Below the pieces are notes generated by a model. That model searched no databases and was not told the DNA's origin. It worked only from the letters and a program-made list of their open reading frames with translations. A stretch of 63,246 nucleotides of DNA, counting the filler. It is 4 parts of 4 records of this genome, joined end to end, with 100 filler letters (N's around TTAATTAATTAA, not from the genome) between each part and the next. Parts side by side here need not be neighbours in the genome. Positions count along the whole stretch, not along the records: positions 1 to 23,207 come from DRR723986_1274; positions 23,308 to 44,260 come from DRR723986_1292; 2 more parts are not named here. One strand, 5' to 3'. This document shows positions 20,622 to 30,800 of this stretch, in pieces. Positions within the stretch are counted from its first letter, which is position 1; each line of letters opens with the position of its first letter. Position numbers and translations under genes: made by a program.

Positions 20622-21692
20622 TTAAGTATTGATATTGGCCTTTGCTCCAACGCGTTCTTTCTGAATTGGGAGTGACTTTTCCCACTTCTCAGCCTTCTCC
20701 TTGGCCGACGGCTCTACTAGCGGTCGGACAACTCGGAACCCGACGTGCAAAGCGTCTGTATGATACCAAATGCTCTTCGGCACCTGAGGGTCCTGCTTCT
20801 TCCAGTCTTCGTTGGAGGCCTCGCGAGCTGCACTTCGGCAGTCTTCAGGAAATTGATCCCATGCACCACCACGGACGACTCGAGGGTATAACTCCGTCGG
20901 AACCACCAGTGGATCCTTTGTCGCGTCGATCCCTTCGTAGCCAGCTTCATCGTATTGGTCGAGCACCCACTCGGCTACGTTGCCGTGCATGTCGTGCAGG
21001 CCCCATGCGTTTGGCTCTTTCTTGCCAACCTTTTCATAGCCTTCATCGGTGTTGTCGAAGGTCCAAGCGTAGTCCTCGAGCTCATCGATGTCATCACCGA
21101 AGGAGTAAGCGGTTGTGCTGCCAGCACGGCAGGCATACTCCCACTCCGCTTCCGTAGGCAACCTGTAGTAGCGACCTGTCTTGGCGCTTAGCCATTTGCA
21201 AAACGTGCGAGCTGCATGTTGCGTCATGCAGATAGCCGGATACCCCTTGGTGCCCATGCCGAAGGACATGTCGGTGTAAGGCTTTGTGGGCTGACTGATC
21301 TGGAATTTGTCGGCAAACGGGTCTCTGGGTGAAGGCGGCAGAGAGAGCACCTCGCGGCGAAAGAGGTCTAGATCCGACGCCCATACGTCGTAGACATCCC
21401 AAGTGATTTCCGTCTTGGCCATCCAGAACGCGGAGACCTCGACCTCACGTTGCGGTCCTTCGTCATCCTCACGGTCCTCCTCATCTACCGGGGAACCCAT
21501 CAAGAACTTGCCGCTGGGAATCGGCAGCATCTCAAACTTTACACCGGCCTGCTCCACCAGCTCCTTGTAAGGCTTCATTTCGGCTTCCGAAGATGCCTCC
21601 GAATCCTTAACTTCCAGCACCGGTGGCTCATCGGCACGAGCCAACACCGGCAAGAGCAACGTTACCAACAACGACCTTCGGAAAGCGTGCAT
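20622..21692 (-). CDS. Secreted FGE-sulfatase (SUMF1/EgtB/PvdO) domain protein
   Basis: FLMGS, RLPTEAEWEYACRAG, PNAWGLHDMHGNVAEW, RGGAW, GFRVV. Confidence 0.9.
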   Translation of the reverse strand: MHAFRRSLLVTLLLPVLARADEPPVLEVKDSEASSEAEMKPYKELVEQAGVKFEMLPIPSGKFLMGSPVDEEDREDDEGPQREVEVSAFWMAKTEITWDVYDVWASDLDLFRREVLSLPPSPRDPFADKFQISQPTKPYTDMSFGMGTKGYPAICMTQHAARTFCKWLSAKTGRYYRLPTEAEWEYACRAGSTTAYSFGDDIDELEDYAWTFDNTDEGYEKVGKKEPNAWGLHDMHGNVAEWVLDQYDEAGYEGIDATKDPLVVPTELYPRVVRGGAWDQFPEDCRSAAREASNEDWKKQDPQVPKSIWYHTDALHVGFRVVRPLVEPSAKEKAEKWEKSLPIQKERVGAKANINT

Positions 21693-21892
21693 TATTTAAT
21701 CTCTGAACAAATTGATGGTATCTTCAGTAGCAGGCATACTGCAGAGTGTCGATTCTGCATGGGTGTTGCCCCCTGCCCGCTGACGCGCGGCCCAGACTTG
21801 TGGTCCCGACTCATCGCCCTGACTGACGCCCGTGCTGATCTCACTCCGCAAGAGGCACATTGCATTGCCTTCACCGGCGCGCGGCCGAATGA

Positions 21893-23161
21893 TTGTTGAT
21901 GACTCCGCAGGCTGATGCAGCATATGTATCTGCTTCTCAAGCTCAGGACAAAGGCTCTGCATTGTACACCAAACGATCGTTGAACCTCAGAATCGCTCTT
22001 CCGAGCTGGCAGCTTTGGAAAAGCAATTGGCGAGCTGGAAGCCTAACGCGCACCAACCGACCGCTTTTGCTTGTCTGCATGATCGTGATGTTAACTGCGA
22101 CCTGCGAAACCAACTGCCATGCGCAGCCGAGCGATAAAACGCAGGAAATGGACTCAAGTTCCGACGTCACCGCTGAACCAACGAACGCGCATCCCAAGTC
22201 GCAAGTTAGCGGATTTCAGTACCAGTTTCCCGCGATGGGAACGCTCGTATCAATCATCTGTTACTGCGAAGGCGAGGATACGGCGACCGCCGCGTTTAAG
22301 GCCGCGGAGAAACGGGTGCTCGCAATCCAAGGGATCTTGAGCGATTACATTTCCGACAGCGAAACTCGGCAGCTTACCAACAAGGCGGCTGGGCAGTTCA
22401 CATCCGTTTCACCGACGCTGGGCCGCGCGCTTGAACAGTCGGACCGTTGGTATCGCTTCAGCGATGGTAGCTTTGACGCCAGCCTTGGCCACCTAACTTA
22501 TCTGTGGCGGCAACACCGCCGGAAAATAAAGAGTGGTCGAGAAGCTTCGCCGCCTTCGGCTGATCAGATCAATGAGGCTCTTTCTAAAGGCGGTTGGCAG
22601 CACGTTACCTTGCGAAAGGGCCACAAACATGACACTTCTGTAAGATTCGGCCTGGACGAACTGCGCCTCGACTTCGGCGGCATCGGGAAAGGCATTGCTG
22701 TCGATGCAGCCTTCGACGAAATGACGGCAATGAAATGTCCGGTTTGCTTGGTGAATATGAGCGGGAACATTCGCGTGGGGCCGGCACCGCCGAATCGAGA
22801 CGGTTGGAGGATTGAAGTAGCCCCGGCCGAGAAAGATGGGCAGCCGCTGCGCAGGATCACTGTAACCGAAGTCGCGATGGCCACTTCCGGCGATCTATGG
22901 CAGTTTTCGGTGATTGATGGAATTCGCCGAAGCCACATCCTCAACCCGAAGACGGGCCTTGGAATCCCGGGCCCAGCTTCCGCCACTGTCCTTGCGACCA
23001 CCGCAACGGATGCGGATGCGGCCGCAACGGTCGCAGTGATTCAACCAGCCCAATGGATTGACTCGCACCTCGAAAAGCTGCCCCTGCGAGGCATTTTGAA
23101 AGCCCAAAGAGAGCCAGACGGCCAACTCAAGGTCCACACCTGGGGGGAAATGGAACCGTGA
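21893..23161 (+). CDS. apbE: FAD:protein FMN transferase (true start probably downstream of 21893)
   Basis: AMGT, DFGGIGKG, ATSGD, SHILNPKTG, ADAAAT motifs. Confidence 0.88.
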   Translation: MLMTPQADAAYVSASQAQDKGSALYTKRSLNLRIALPSWQLWKSNWRAGSLTRTNRPLLLVCMIVMLTATCETNCHAQPSDKTQEMDSSSDVTAEPTNAHPKSQVSGFQYQFPAMGTLVSIICYCEGEDTATAAFKAAEKRVLAIQGILSDYISDSETRQLTNKAAGQFTSVSPTLGRALEQSDRWYRFSDGSFDASLGHLTYLWRQHRRKIKSGREASPPSADQINEALSKGGWQHVTLRKGHKHDTSVRFGLDELRLDFGGIGKGIAVDAAFDEMTAMKCPVCLVNMSGNIRVGPAPPNRDGWRIEVAPAEKDGQPLRRITVTEVAMATSGDLWQFSVIDGIRRSHILNPKTGLGIPGPASATVLATTATDADAAATVAVIQPAQWIDSHLEKLPLRGILKAQREPDGQLKVHTWGEMEP

Positions 23162-23207
23162 AAAGGTGGCGGTCCTGAGGCTAGTGCGAGTCGCACGGAC
23201 GTATAGC

Positions 23208-23307
23208 NNNNNNNNNNNNNNNNNNNNNNNNNNNNNNNNNNNNNNNNNNNNTTAATTAATTAANNNNNNNNNNNNNNNNNNNNNNNNNNNNNNNNNNNNN
23301 NNNNNNN
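23208..23307. other. Artificial contig linker
   Basis: N-run flanking TTAATTAATTAA (stops in all six frames), 100 nt. Confidence 0.98.
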
Positions 23308-23328
23308 CGGCTCGGAGAGCCGTGCTAC
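23308..23328 (-). repeat. GTAG-type REP-like palindrome cut by the contig end
   Basis: Minus strand GTAG-CA-CGGCTC-tcc-GAGCCG running into the linker. Confidence 0.6.
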
Positions 23329-24570
23329 TTTATGAAAACCGAAACTGTGGTTTGCCCCGCAATTTGCGAAGGCTCTCGGCATCGAAACCAAACATTGTCA
23401 CCAACACCAGTAGTCGAACACCCCGGTCGAGTCTGGAAGCTGGGTCGAACATTCGGGCCGTCCTGACTCCCAAACGGAAGGCTGTCGCGGAGGTGTCCGT
23501 CCCAGTACGCTGGTTGGTCGCGCTACGAACGGCAGGATGGATCACCAGGATTTTGTTGAACGAAAGGGCACCCCCTAGATCCATCCACGTCCACGTCGAC
23601 GGCACAGCCAAGAGGTGAAGGTGACCAAGCAACGGCCTCGCAGACGCAGTACGCCAGAGCGTCTTTGGCCAGTGGTGAACGCAAGTCGCCTGTACCGGCA
23701 CACGGTGATGTGTAAACACTGCACAATAGGACCAGAACCTAAGTATTGTGCGTGCAGTGGAATCGCAGTTCACTATCACTTGAGTTCGTTGTCAGTTTTG
23801 GCGAACGTTAGTGTTCGTGCAAGCAAGGCAGCGACGACTCACGTCAGATGTGCAGATGCACGCGTGTGTTCGTGGAGCGTTGAGGTGTGCGAGATGCCCC
23901 CTGGGGCGTTCGTCCGTAATGGGGCTGGCAGTACCTTTGGCAGATAGCCGGTGCGAGCCGATCGTGCCTAAGTAGCTTCTTAGCAAGGTCGCGTACAGTG
24001 AGAACCAAAGCACCGCGCGACTCCCCCAGACGCTGGGGCCGCTTCTGGTCCGATCGTTCCTGTCAGGGGCGGACGAGCCGGACCAATAGTGCATTGTTCC
24101 TAAGGGCTTTACCTCTGTTGGCAGACCATCTTCGCAAACTGCTGGGCTGTCTCACAAGACGCAGGGGCGCAGTGGTCTGGAGAATTGAGGGCGGGAGTCC
24201 TCCGCGAACTCAGAGTCTCCGGCGTTAGGGACTTTTAAGGGGCTTCAATGCAAGTTAACGGTCTCGCTGGTATGGCGGTTTCCGGCAAGCATTTGCTCCG
24301 TCCTGACTCAACGCAATGCGTATTCCGATGGGCATTGCGATGGCGATATATTGGACGCGACTGGCGTTGGCTGCACGACGGAATCGCCGGCGACCAGTGT
24401 TACAATACACTCCTGGGAGAGGGTAGAGCCTGTAGGCGAAGGTATCAGTATCACAACCAATCTTACCGCTCAACCGTCAGTATTCTCATAGCACTTTGTT
24501 TCGGCAGACAGCGATCGTCGGTAGCGTTGTCAATTGCCACGAGAAGAAATAACAAGAAGATAGCCTTTAA

Positions 24571-25074
24571 TCAGCGCTCTCCCAGACGCCCTCGTCGTTT
24601 TCGCTTCGGGCGATCCCATTGAATAGGCAGCTCAAGCAGAGTCTGAATATGCGCGTTGGTAGCTGGGTTGAATGTTGCAATCTCTGTTAAGTGTTGCGGT
24701 CCTGGTTGAGATTCGATGCAATCGTGAATTATAAATGCGTCGACAGTTCCTGGCCAAAGGCATAGGCAAGGGGCAGAACTCCAGAACAAACCATGTCGTG
24801 AGAATGTCAACCAATGAACAAAAACACGTGCTGCAAACTGCCAGTCGAGTTCGGCTTCAACGATCCGATCAATGGCCAGCAGCACTGGACGAAAGTGCAA
24901 GCGTTCTTCGTGCGGCGGATAATCGTAGGAGTCGAAGTAGTCCGCGAGTCTTGATACTTCGGTGCGGGCTTCAACCCACGATTGGCGAAATCGTGCCTGT
25001 GGTTGCGGCGAACTTCCAGATTCAACCAAAATCATACCTTCAGTATTCGTTGGTGATCGAGGCTGCTGCATCAT
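24571..25074 (-). CDS. Hypothetical protein
   Basis: 167-aa ORF, co-directional, starting ~28 nt after the upstream gene's stop; no recognised motif. Confidence 0.45.
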   Translation of the reverse strand: MMQQPRSPTNTEGMILVESGSSPQPQARFRQSWVEARTEVSRLADYFDSYDYPPHEERLHFRPVLLAIDRIVEAELDWQFAARVFVHWLTFSRHGLFWSSAPCLCLWPGTVDAFIIHDCIESQPGPQHLTEIATFNPATNAHIQTLLELPIQWDRPKRKRRGRLGER

Positions 25075-25101
25075 CTACAGAACGCAGCTCCTGCAGGCAG
25101 G

Positions 25102-25857
25102 TTAAGAGCCATTTGCGTCGCGATGCTGAAACAAATGTAATGCGATGTCCAGCCAGACCTTGCCGACGACGACGATGACGAGCAAGAGAAGTGGTGATCC
25201 GAGCGACATGATCAAAAATGCGCCGAAGATGATGGCGACATGCAAGACAATGATTCGTCCATATGGCTGGAACATAAGTGATATGGCGCTATACTCGCGG
25301 TATTCGCGTTTGCCAATGTAGTTGGATACAAACGAGATTCCATGGCTTACCACCACGCCCAAGAGGGCGACCATGAACCATGGCTGACGGAGCATCTCTG
25401 CTAACGGTGCAAAAGGCACGAATCCAGCCTCCATTCCGCGATCGGCTAGGAGCGTCACAACGAAAACCCCATGCACAAAGCAGAACATGCCGTAGTGCAC
25501 GCTGAAGAACGGTACCACGAATAGCTTCGTTGCGTGATTGGCAACTTGAGGCCCAGCGTCTTGACCTTTATTCTCCGCGTCGGGAGTTTCCCCCTGTGCG
25601 ACAATCATTTTCATTACGTTGAAGATGCCAATGATGACATTCTCTAGCCAGTAGATGTAGACAACGTCAAATACACGCCACCCAAAGACGAGTACTCCGA
25701 CCAACGGCAGTACTCCGGCGCATATCAATGCAATAACACTGAGTCTGGAAGTGGCAAAAGTTGGGTCCTTCCAAAACAAAAGCTTGCTACGAAGTTCTAA
25801 CTGCTGCTGTCGTTTCGCGGTATTCACTGCTGGAAACCACCCGCTGATTCGAAACAA
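25102..25857 (-). CDS. DUF6498-like integral membrane protein
   Basis: YWLENVIIG, PFFxxHYGMFCFVHG, PYGRIIVLH; multiple TM helices. Confidence 0.75.
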   Translation of the reverse strand: MFRISGWFPAVNTAKRQQQLELRSKLLFWKDPTFATSRLSVIALICAGVLPLVGVLVFGWRVFDVVYIYWLENVIIGIFNVMKMIVAQGETPDAENKGQDAGPQVANHATKLFVVPFFSVHYGMFCFVHGVFVVTLLADRGMEAGFVPFAPLAEMLRQPWFMVALLGVVVSHGISFVSNYIGKREYREYSAISLMFQPYGRIIVLHVAIIFGAFLIMSLGSPLLLLVIVVVGKVWLDIALHLFQHRDANGS

Positions 25858-26669
25858 CGGAAGGCTTGCCGCGTTCCTGCAACATCATGCACTCGGAGAA
25901 CATGCACCCCTTTCAACGCAAGGGCAAAACTGACGCCCAGCGTACCGTAATCTCGCGGCAGTGACTTGTCTCCCAGTAGCTTAGCAATAAAGCCCTTGCG
26001 GGAGTGGCCGACCAGAATCACGCGGCCAGTACTCACAAATTTCTCCGCCTGAGCGAGTAGCTCAAGGTTGTGTTCGTGGGTTTTTCCGAAACCAATTCCC
26101 GGGTCCAGGCAAATTCGATCCGCGTCGACTCCGCCAGCACGGAGTGCTTCATCCCGCTCGAGGATGTAGCTTTTGATCTCATCGACGACATCGGTGTAAG
26201 TCGGATTGTCCTGCATGGTTTGCGGCGTTCCCTGCATATGCATCGCGCAGACGCCTGCGCCGGTTTGAGCAGCGACGCCAAGCATTTCGGGATCGGATTC
26301 AAGGCCGGTCACATCGTTGATAATCTCAGCCCCAAGCTCAACTGCTGCCGCGGCAACTTTTGATTTTGATGTGTCGATTGAGATCGGGATCTCAAGACGC
26401 TGCTGAAGTGCTTGAAGCACAGGTGCGATTCGTCCAAGCTCTTCGTCAACTGCCACTTTGTCGGAGTAGGGCCGAGTGCTTTCGCCACCGATGTCGATGA
26501 TATCCGCGCCAGCGTCCTCCATCCTCAAAGCCTGCTCAACGGCGTCGGAGGGGGAGTAGAATTTTCCGCCATCGGAGAAGCTATCGGGCGTGACATTCAC
26601 GATTCCCATTAGCAACGGAGCAGTCCCAAGTTCCAATTTGCGAGTTCGCAAATTCCAATGGGTCGGCAT
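25824..26669 (-). CDS. folP: Dihydropteroate synthase
   Basis: MGIVNVTPDSFSDGG, DIGGESTRP, DPGIGFGK, SRK, RVHDV. Confidence 0.97.
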   Translation of the reverse strand: MPTHWNLRTRKLELGTAPLLMGIVNVTPDSFSDGGKFYSPSDAVEQALRMEDAGADIIDIGGESTRPYSDKVAVDEELGRIAPVLQALQQRLEIPISIDTSKSKVAAAAVELGAEIINDVTGLESDPEMLGVAAQTGAGVCAMHMQGTPQTMQDNPTYTDVVDEIKSYILERDEALRAGGVDADRICLDPGIGFGKTHEHNLELLAQAEKFVSTGRVILVGHSRKGFIAKLLGDKSLPRDYGTLGVSFALALKGVHVLRVHDVAGTRQAFRCFESAGGFQQ

Positions 26670-26731
26670 GCTGAAGATCCTCGCGATACGGCGAATTGGA
26701 AACCTTGGCGGACGAACCGAAGCAACAAGGG

Positions 26732-27688
26732 CTAGTCGAGAGGGAAGACAGTTGTGGTTGGGGGCGAGACAAAGTTGGTATCCGCAATGAACAGTGCTCC
26801 AGCGTTGGGCGCATCGCCCCGTCGCTCACTTGGCATGTGCTCTACTGCCGTCGTGACAATCAACTTGATGCTACCATCGACAGGGATCAGCAGCGGGCAT
26901 GTGTTCTGCGGGCTACCGGGCGTTTCCCAAATGTGTTCGAGACTACCGTCCAGCATACTGTACTGTCGCGTTTGGCCGACTGGTGCGGCTTCTGGATTGT
27001 AGAAGCTGATGATCATGCTTTGCTCGTCGGGCGAAAGCACCATGCCGTCGGGAACGCCGACTGCGTCTGCTAGATCAACGATCGTCTCAACCTCGTCGAT
27101 TGTGCCCGCTGTTACATCCAGCTTGTAACGGACAACTTTCTTCGTTGGAGAATCAATGTCGATCAGGTAAAGTCCACCGTTGGCGGCACTGACCACGTCC
27201 TTGCCATTGCTGCAGACTTGACCACCGCTAAGCTTGTGAAGTTTGCCATCTTCTCGGCGATATAAATACAGTCCGGCCTTGGGCGTTGCAAACTCCAAGT
27301 CCTTGGTGCCGAACACAACGCTACTACCGAAGACCGTTCCATCGTTAATGATTGTCCCGTTAACGTCCGAATCGACACCGTCTGCCAACACTTCCCAAGA
27401 TGCATCGGAGGTGTTGAACAGTCCTAGCTCGCGTTCGCAGCCGACGACAAAGACGCCTGGTCGATTGGTAGGTTTTGCGAAACCCGGCCTACCGGGCAGG
27501 GAGTAGTTCGCATTTTTCTGTGCGGCGAGGTCGAACAGATTTAGCGATCCGTGGGTTGCATCGGCGCCATGCTGGATTGCGACCCAAGAGAATTTACCAT
27601 CGCCGAGATCGGTCGGGCCTTCCGGCAGGAATCTCAGTTCTTCGTTGTCGGGCAGAAACAAAACTTCGGCGGTAGTAGTCTCAGCCAT
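26732..27688 (-). CDS. SMP-30/gluconolactonase/LRE family protein
   Basis: PEGP, INDG, CSNG, PDGM metal-ligand motifs. Confidence 0.85.
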   Translation of the reverse strand: MAETTTAEVLFLPDNEELRFLPEGPTDLGDGKFSWVAIQHGADATHGSLNLFDLAAQKNANYSLPGRPGFAKPTNRPGVFVVGCERELGLFNTSDASWEVLADGVDSDVNGTIINDGTVFGSSVVFGTKDLEFATPKAGLYLYRREDGKLHKLSGGQVCSNGKDVVSAANGGLYLIDIDSPTKKVVRYKLDVTAGTIDEVETIVDLADAVGVPDGMVLSPDEQSMIISFYNPEAAPVGQTRQYSMLDGSLEHIWETPGSPQNTCPLLIPVDGSIKLIVTTAVEHMPSERRGDAPNAGALFIADTNFVSPPTTTVFPLD

Positions 27689-27827
27689 TGATCTCAGTTC
27701 TAGTGGGTTCGAGGGCTTGCAATCTTGAGTTGGGGGAAGTCGATCGAGCCCAAACGGTCAATGAGCTCGAAGAACTCGCCGCCCCAGTGTTCGACGAGCA
27801 AAACTATTCGCAACCTGGGCCTTTGGA

Positions 27828-30800
27828 TTAGTTCTCTTTGTCAGCGTTGTCGTCGGGCGTGCTGGACGCTTCAGAGTCCGCCGAGGCCGGTTCATTCTTG
27901 GCAGTTTCTGCGGCCGGCGGCGGTGTCTGCTGCTCGCTAGGCTGCGATTCCACTTCAGTTGTCGGAGTGGATTCGGCCTCAGGGCTTGGAGCAGGAGTCT
28001 CTTTGTTCGCTTCGTCACCAACTACCTTCGTTTCGCTCTTCGCTGCCTTTGTTTCAGGCTCATCGGTTCGTTTGGCGTCGTAGAACTGCAGCAAGTCGGA
28101 GAATGATCGCAGTGGCTCGGCTCCTTCCTTCATCGCGGATGAAATTGGATCGACCGGCTTCTTACTCTTCACGATAACAGGTTTAGATGGCCTGTTGTCA
28201 CGTGATCGATTGCCGCCGCGATTGTCCCTGCCGCGGCCAGGACCTCTTTGTCCACCACCACGCTGTCCACCGCCTCTTTGGCCGTCACGATTTCCGCCAC
28301 GTTGACCACCATCTCGTTGGCCGGATCCACGCTGTCCACCAGGCCCGCCCCGAGAGTCTCCACCGCGGGATTCTCCGCCACGTCCTCGCTGTCCAGCTCC
28401 GTCTCGCTGCCCACCTCGACTGCCACGGCCGTCACCACGCCCGCGATGGCCATCTCGCCCATCTGAAGCAGAGCGTTGACTGTCACGCTGCTGGGGTGAT
28501 AGAGCGGTCAGGGCGACGCGTCCCTTCTTTTCATCGACGTTGACCACCCAAGTCATGATGAGGTCACCAACTTGGACGAATTCATGAGGGTCGTCGACAA
28601 ATCGATCCGAAAGCCTGCTTATGTGAATCAGTCCGCTACACTCGGGGCCAAGTTCCACGAAGATTCCGAAATCGGCTACCCCGACAACAACCGCCCAGAT
28701 GCAAGTACCAGGCTTCAGGTTCTCCAGAGTCGGCATCTCGGTCCGCAATGGAACCGGTGCACCGCGGAGCCTAGTGTCAGCAAAGGGTTCGTTCAGGGCG
28801 TACGCGATGCTCTTTAGCTTTTCACGCCCGACTTGCCATCCGCGTGCCAGTTTTTCGACGTCAATCGGCAACGGCTTGGCCTTTGCCGCTTCGACGTCTT
28901 CGGGATACTCCGGTGCTGGACTGGAGGCCTCCGAGGTGGCTTGCTTGTCTTCCGCTTGTGCCGCATCAGCCGGTGCAGCCTCTTCGGAGCTACTGTCGCC
29001 AGTACCCTCGGAAACTGCTTCCTCAGGCGCTTCGGGCTCAGTCTCAGTTGGTGTGTCCGACGCGGCCTCGCCAGTGGACTCGTTGTTCGTATCGCTTGAC
29101 GTTGGTTCTTCGCTGGTTGCTTCTGTTGACTCGCTCACCTCACTGGAGGCAGTTGCGTCTTCTGCTGGCGATGGTGAAGCTTCAGCGCTTGCTGCTTGAT
29201 CATCGCTACAATCGGCAACTTCAACAGTAGTGCTTTCGGTTGTCTCAGTTGCGGTGCTGTCCTCGGTGCTGCCGTCTGACGACGCCTCGGTGGTCGATTG
29301 AGCTTCCTCGATTACAAAATCGCTGTTCGTCTCGGAGACATCCATCGGGTCGGGTTTCGTCCAGCCTTCCGGTGCAGCAGGCGGAGATTCCAGCTCGGTA
29401 TTGTCTACTAATCGCTGGGCCAGTCGATAGTCGTCTGGGTGGATACCGGTTGCATCGAAGGTTTGCTCACTTCCGAAGACGCGTAGCAAGCCAATTGCCT
29501 GACGCGATTGAGTCTCGGTCCAGCCGTCGACTGCCTCTAGAAGTTGTGCTCGGCTTTCGATGTTTCCCTGGGCCGCAAGTGTCGCGATCTGTTGAGCCTG
29601 CTCGTCGGTCACGCCCGGCACGCACAACAACTGAGCCACACTCGCGCTGTGAACGTCGACTCCGCGAGACGCGACACAATCTGCAATTGTCTCACGAACC
29701 AGCTTCTTAAGTGGTTCTTGAGGAAGTTCACGCTGATAACTGCCCAGACGGATGCGATTGATACCGACCTTCAAGTACTGCGTCAGTGGATCTTGTAGGC
29801 TCCTAGCTACCCAAATTGCAGCTCGATCGCGTCGATTGAACGCAGACAGTTCACGCAATGCGATGCGTCCCGCTGCATAAGCGTCCGCGCCGCTGCGGTC
29901 GGCCATTGTCCAGCGGAGGCCAGAACTCGCCGACTGCTTCATCAATTCTCGCATGGTGTGGACGAGAAAGCGTCGCGCCGGCCCATTTGTGAGAGCCAGC
30001 AGAGTAACTTTGTACTTGTGGGCTAGTTCGCCCAGTCGCATAACGTTCTGTTCGACCATCGTGGCCAATGCCGAACATTGTATTTCGTCGCAGGCGAGGA
30101 CGTTGCCGGCTTGGTCGACAATTGCAACTGCAGAAACCTTTGGTCCAACAGAATCGACAACCATGATGCGGTGACCGCGAACGGGCCGTTGCATCAGGGT
30201 TCGTCGGAGGCCCTCGGCGGCAGTGGTGAGTAGCTGCTCTGATGCAAGCTCTTCCAATTCAGCGACGGCGTCCGATTCAAGCTTGCCTCGTAGTCCTGCG
30301 TCGAAAGCGGCTTCTGCAGCGGCCGAGAACCATTTCGCCAGTGGGTGGTCACGTCTTACAAAACGGTCACGCGACAAGGGAATCAAACTCTTCTTGTCGT
30401 AGTCCAGATGGGTTTCGACAATCTGGCTTCGGCGCCCTCGGCCAAGCATTAGCTGCTGGTAGGATGTCAGCTTGCCCAGCGGCTTCTTGAGATTCTTCAT
30501 CGGCGTCAGCATCGCAACCAACCAACGGCGACGACGCTGGCGAGGAGTCAACTTTGCCGCAGATTTAGCCTTCGCGGACTCAGCGGCAGCCGCCTTTGCT
30601 TTCTTCTTTGATTTCTTGCTGTCACCGAAACGCTTCGAGAGAATGGCATCGGCGTCTTCAGTTGTCTCGCCGTCGCTACCGCTCTTTTCGCCTGTGTCGG
30701 CTGAGGCTTGCTCTGCGTCGGCCGCTACTGCAGCCTCTTCTCCTGGGCCTTCGGCGGCACTGGCTGATTCCGTTGGTGCAGCAGGCTGTTCTGTAGTCGA

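Noticed and set aside
20622-21692. True formylglycine-generating enzyme maturing the sulfatase at 40605-42719
   Set aside because: Lacks the catalytic CxxxxC pair, has a signal peptide, and is on a different contig
23252-23263. TTAATTAATTAA palindrome recurring three times
   Set aside because: Embedded in N-runs of fixed total length; a synthetic contig spacer
25075-25101. attC-like core GTTCTGT just before the 167-aa ORF
   Set aside because: No room for a hairpin upstream and no matching inverse core after the stop
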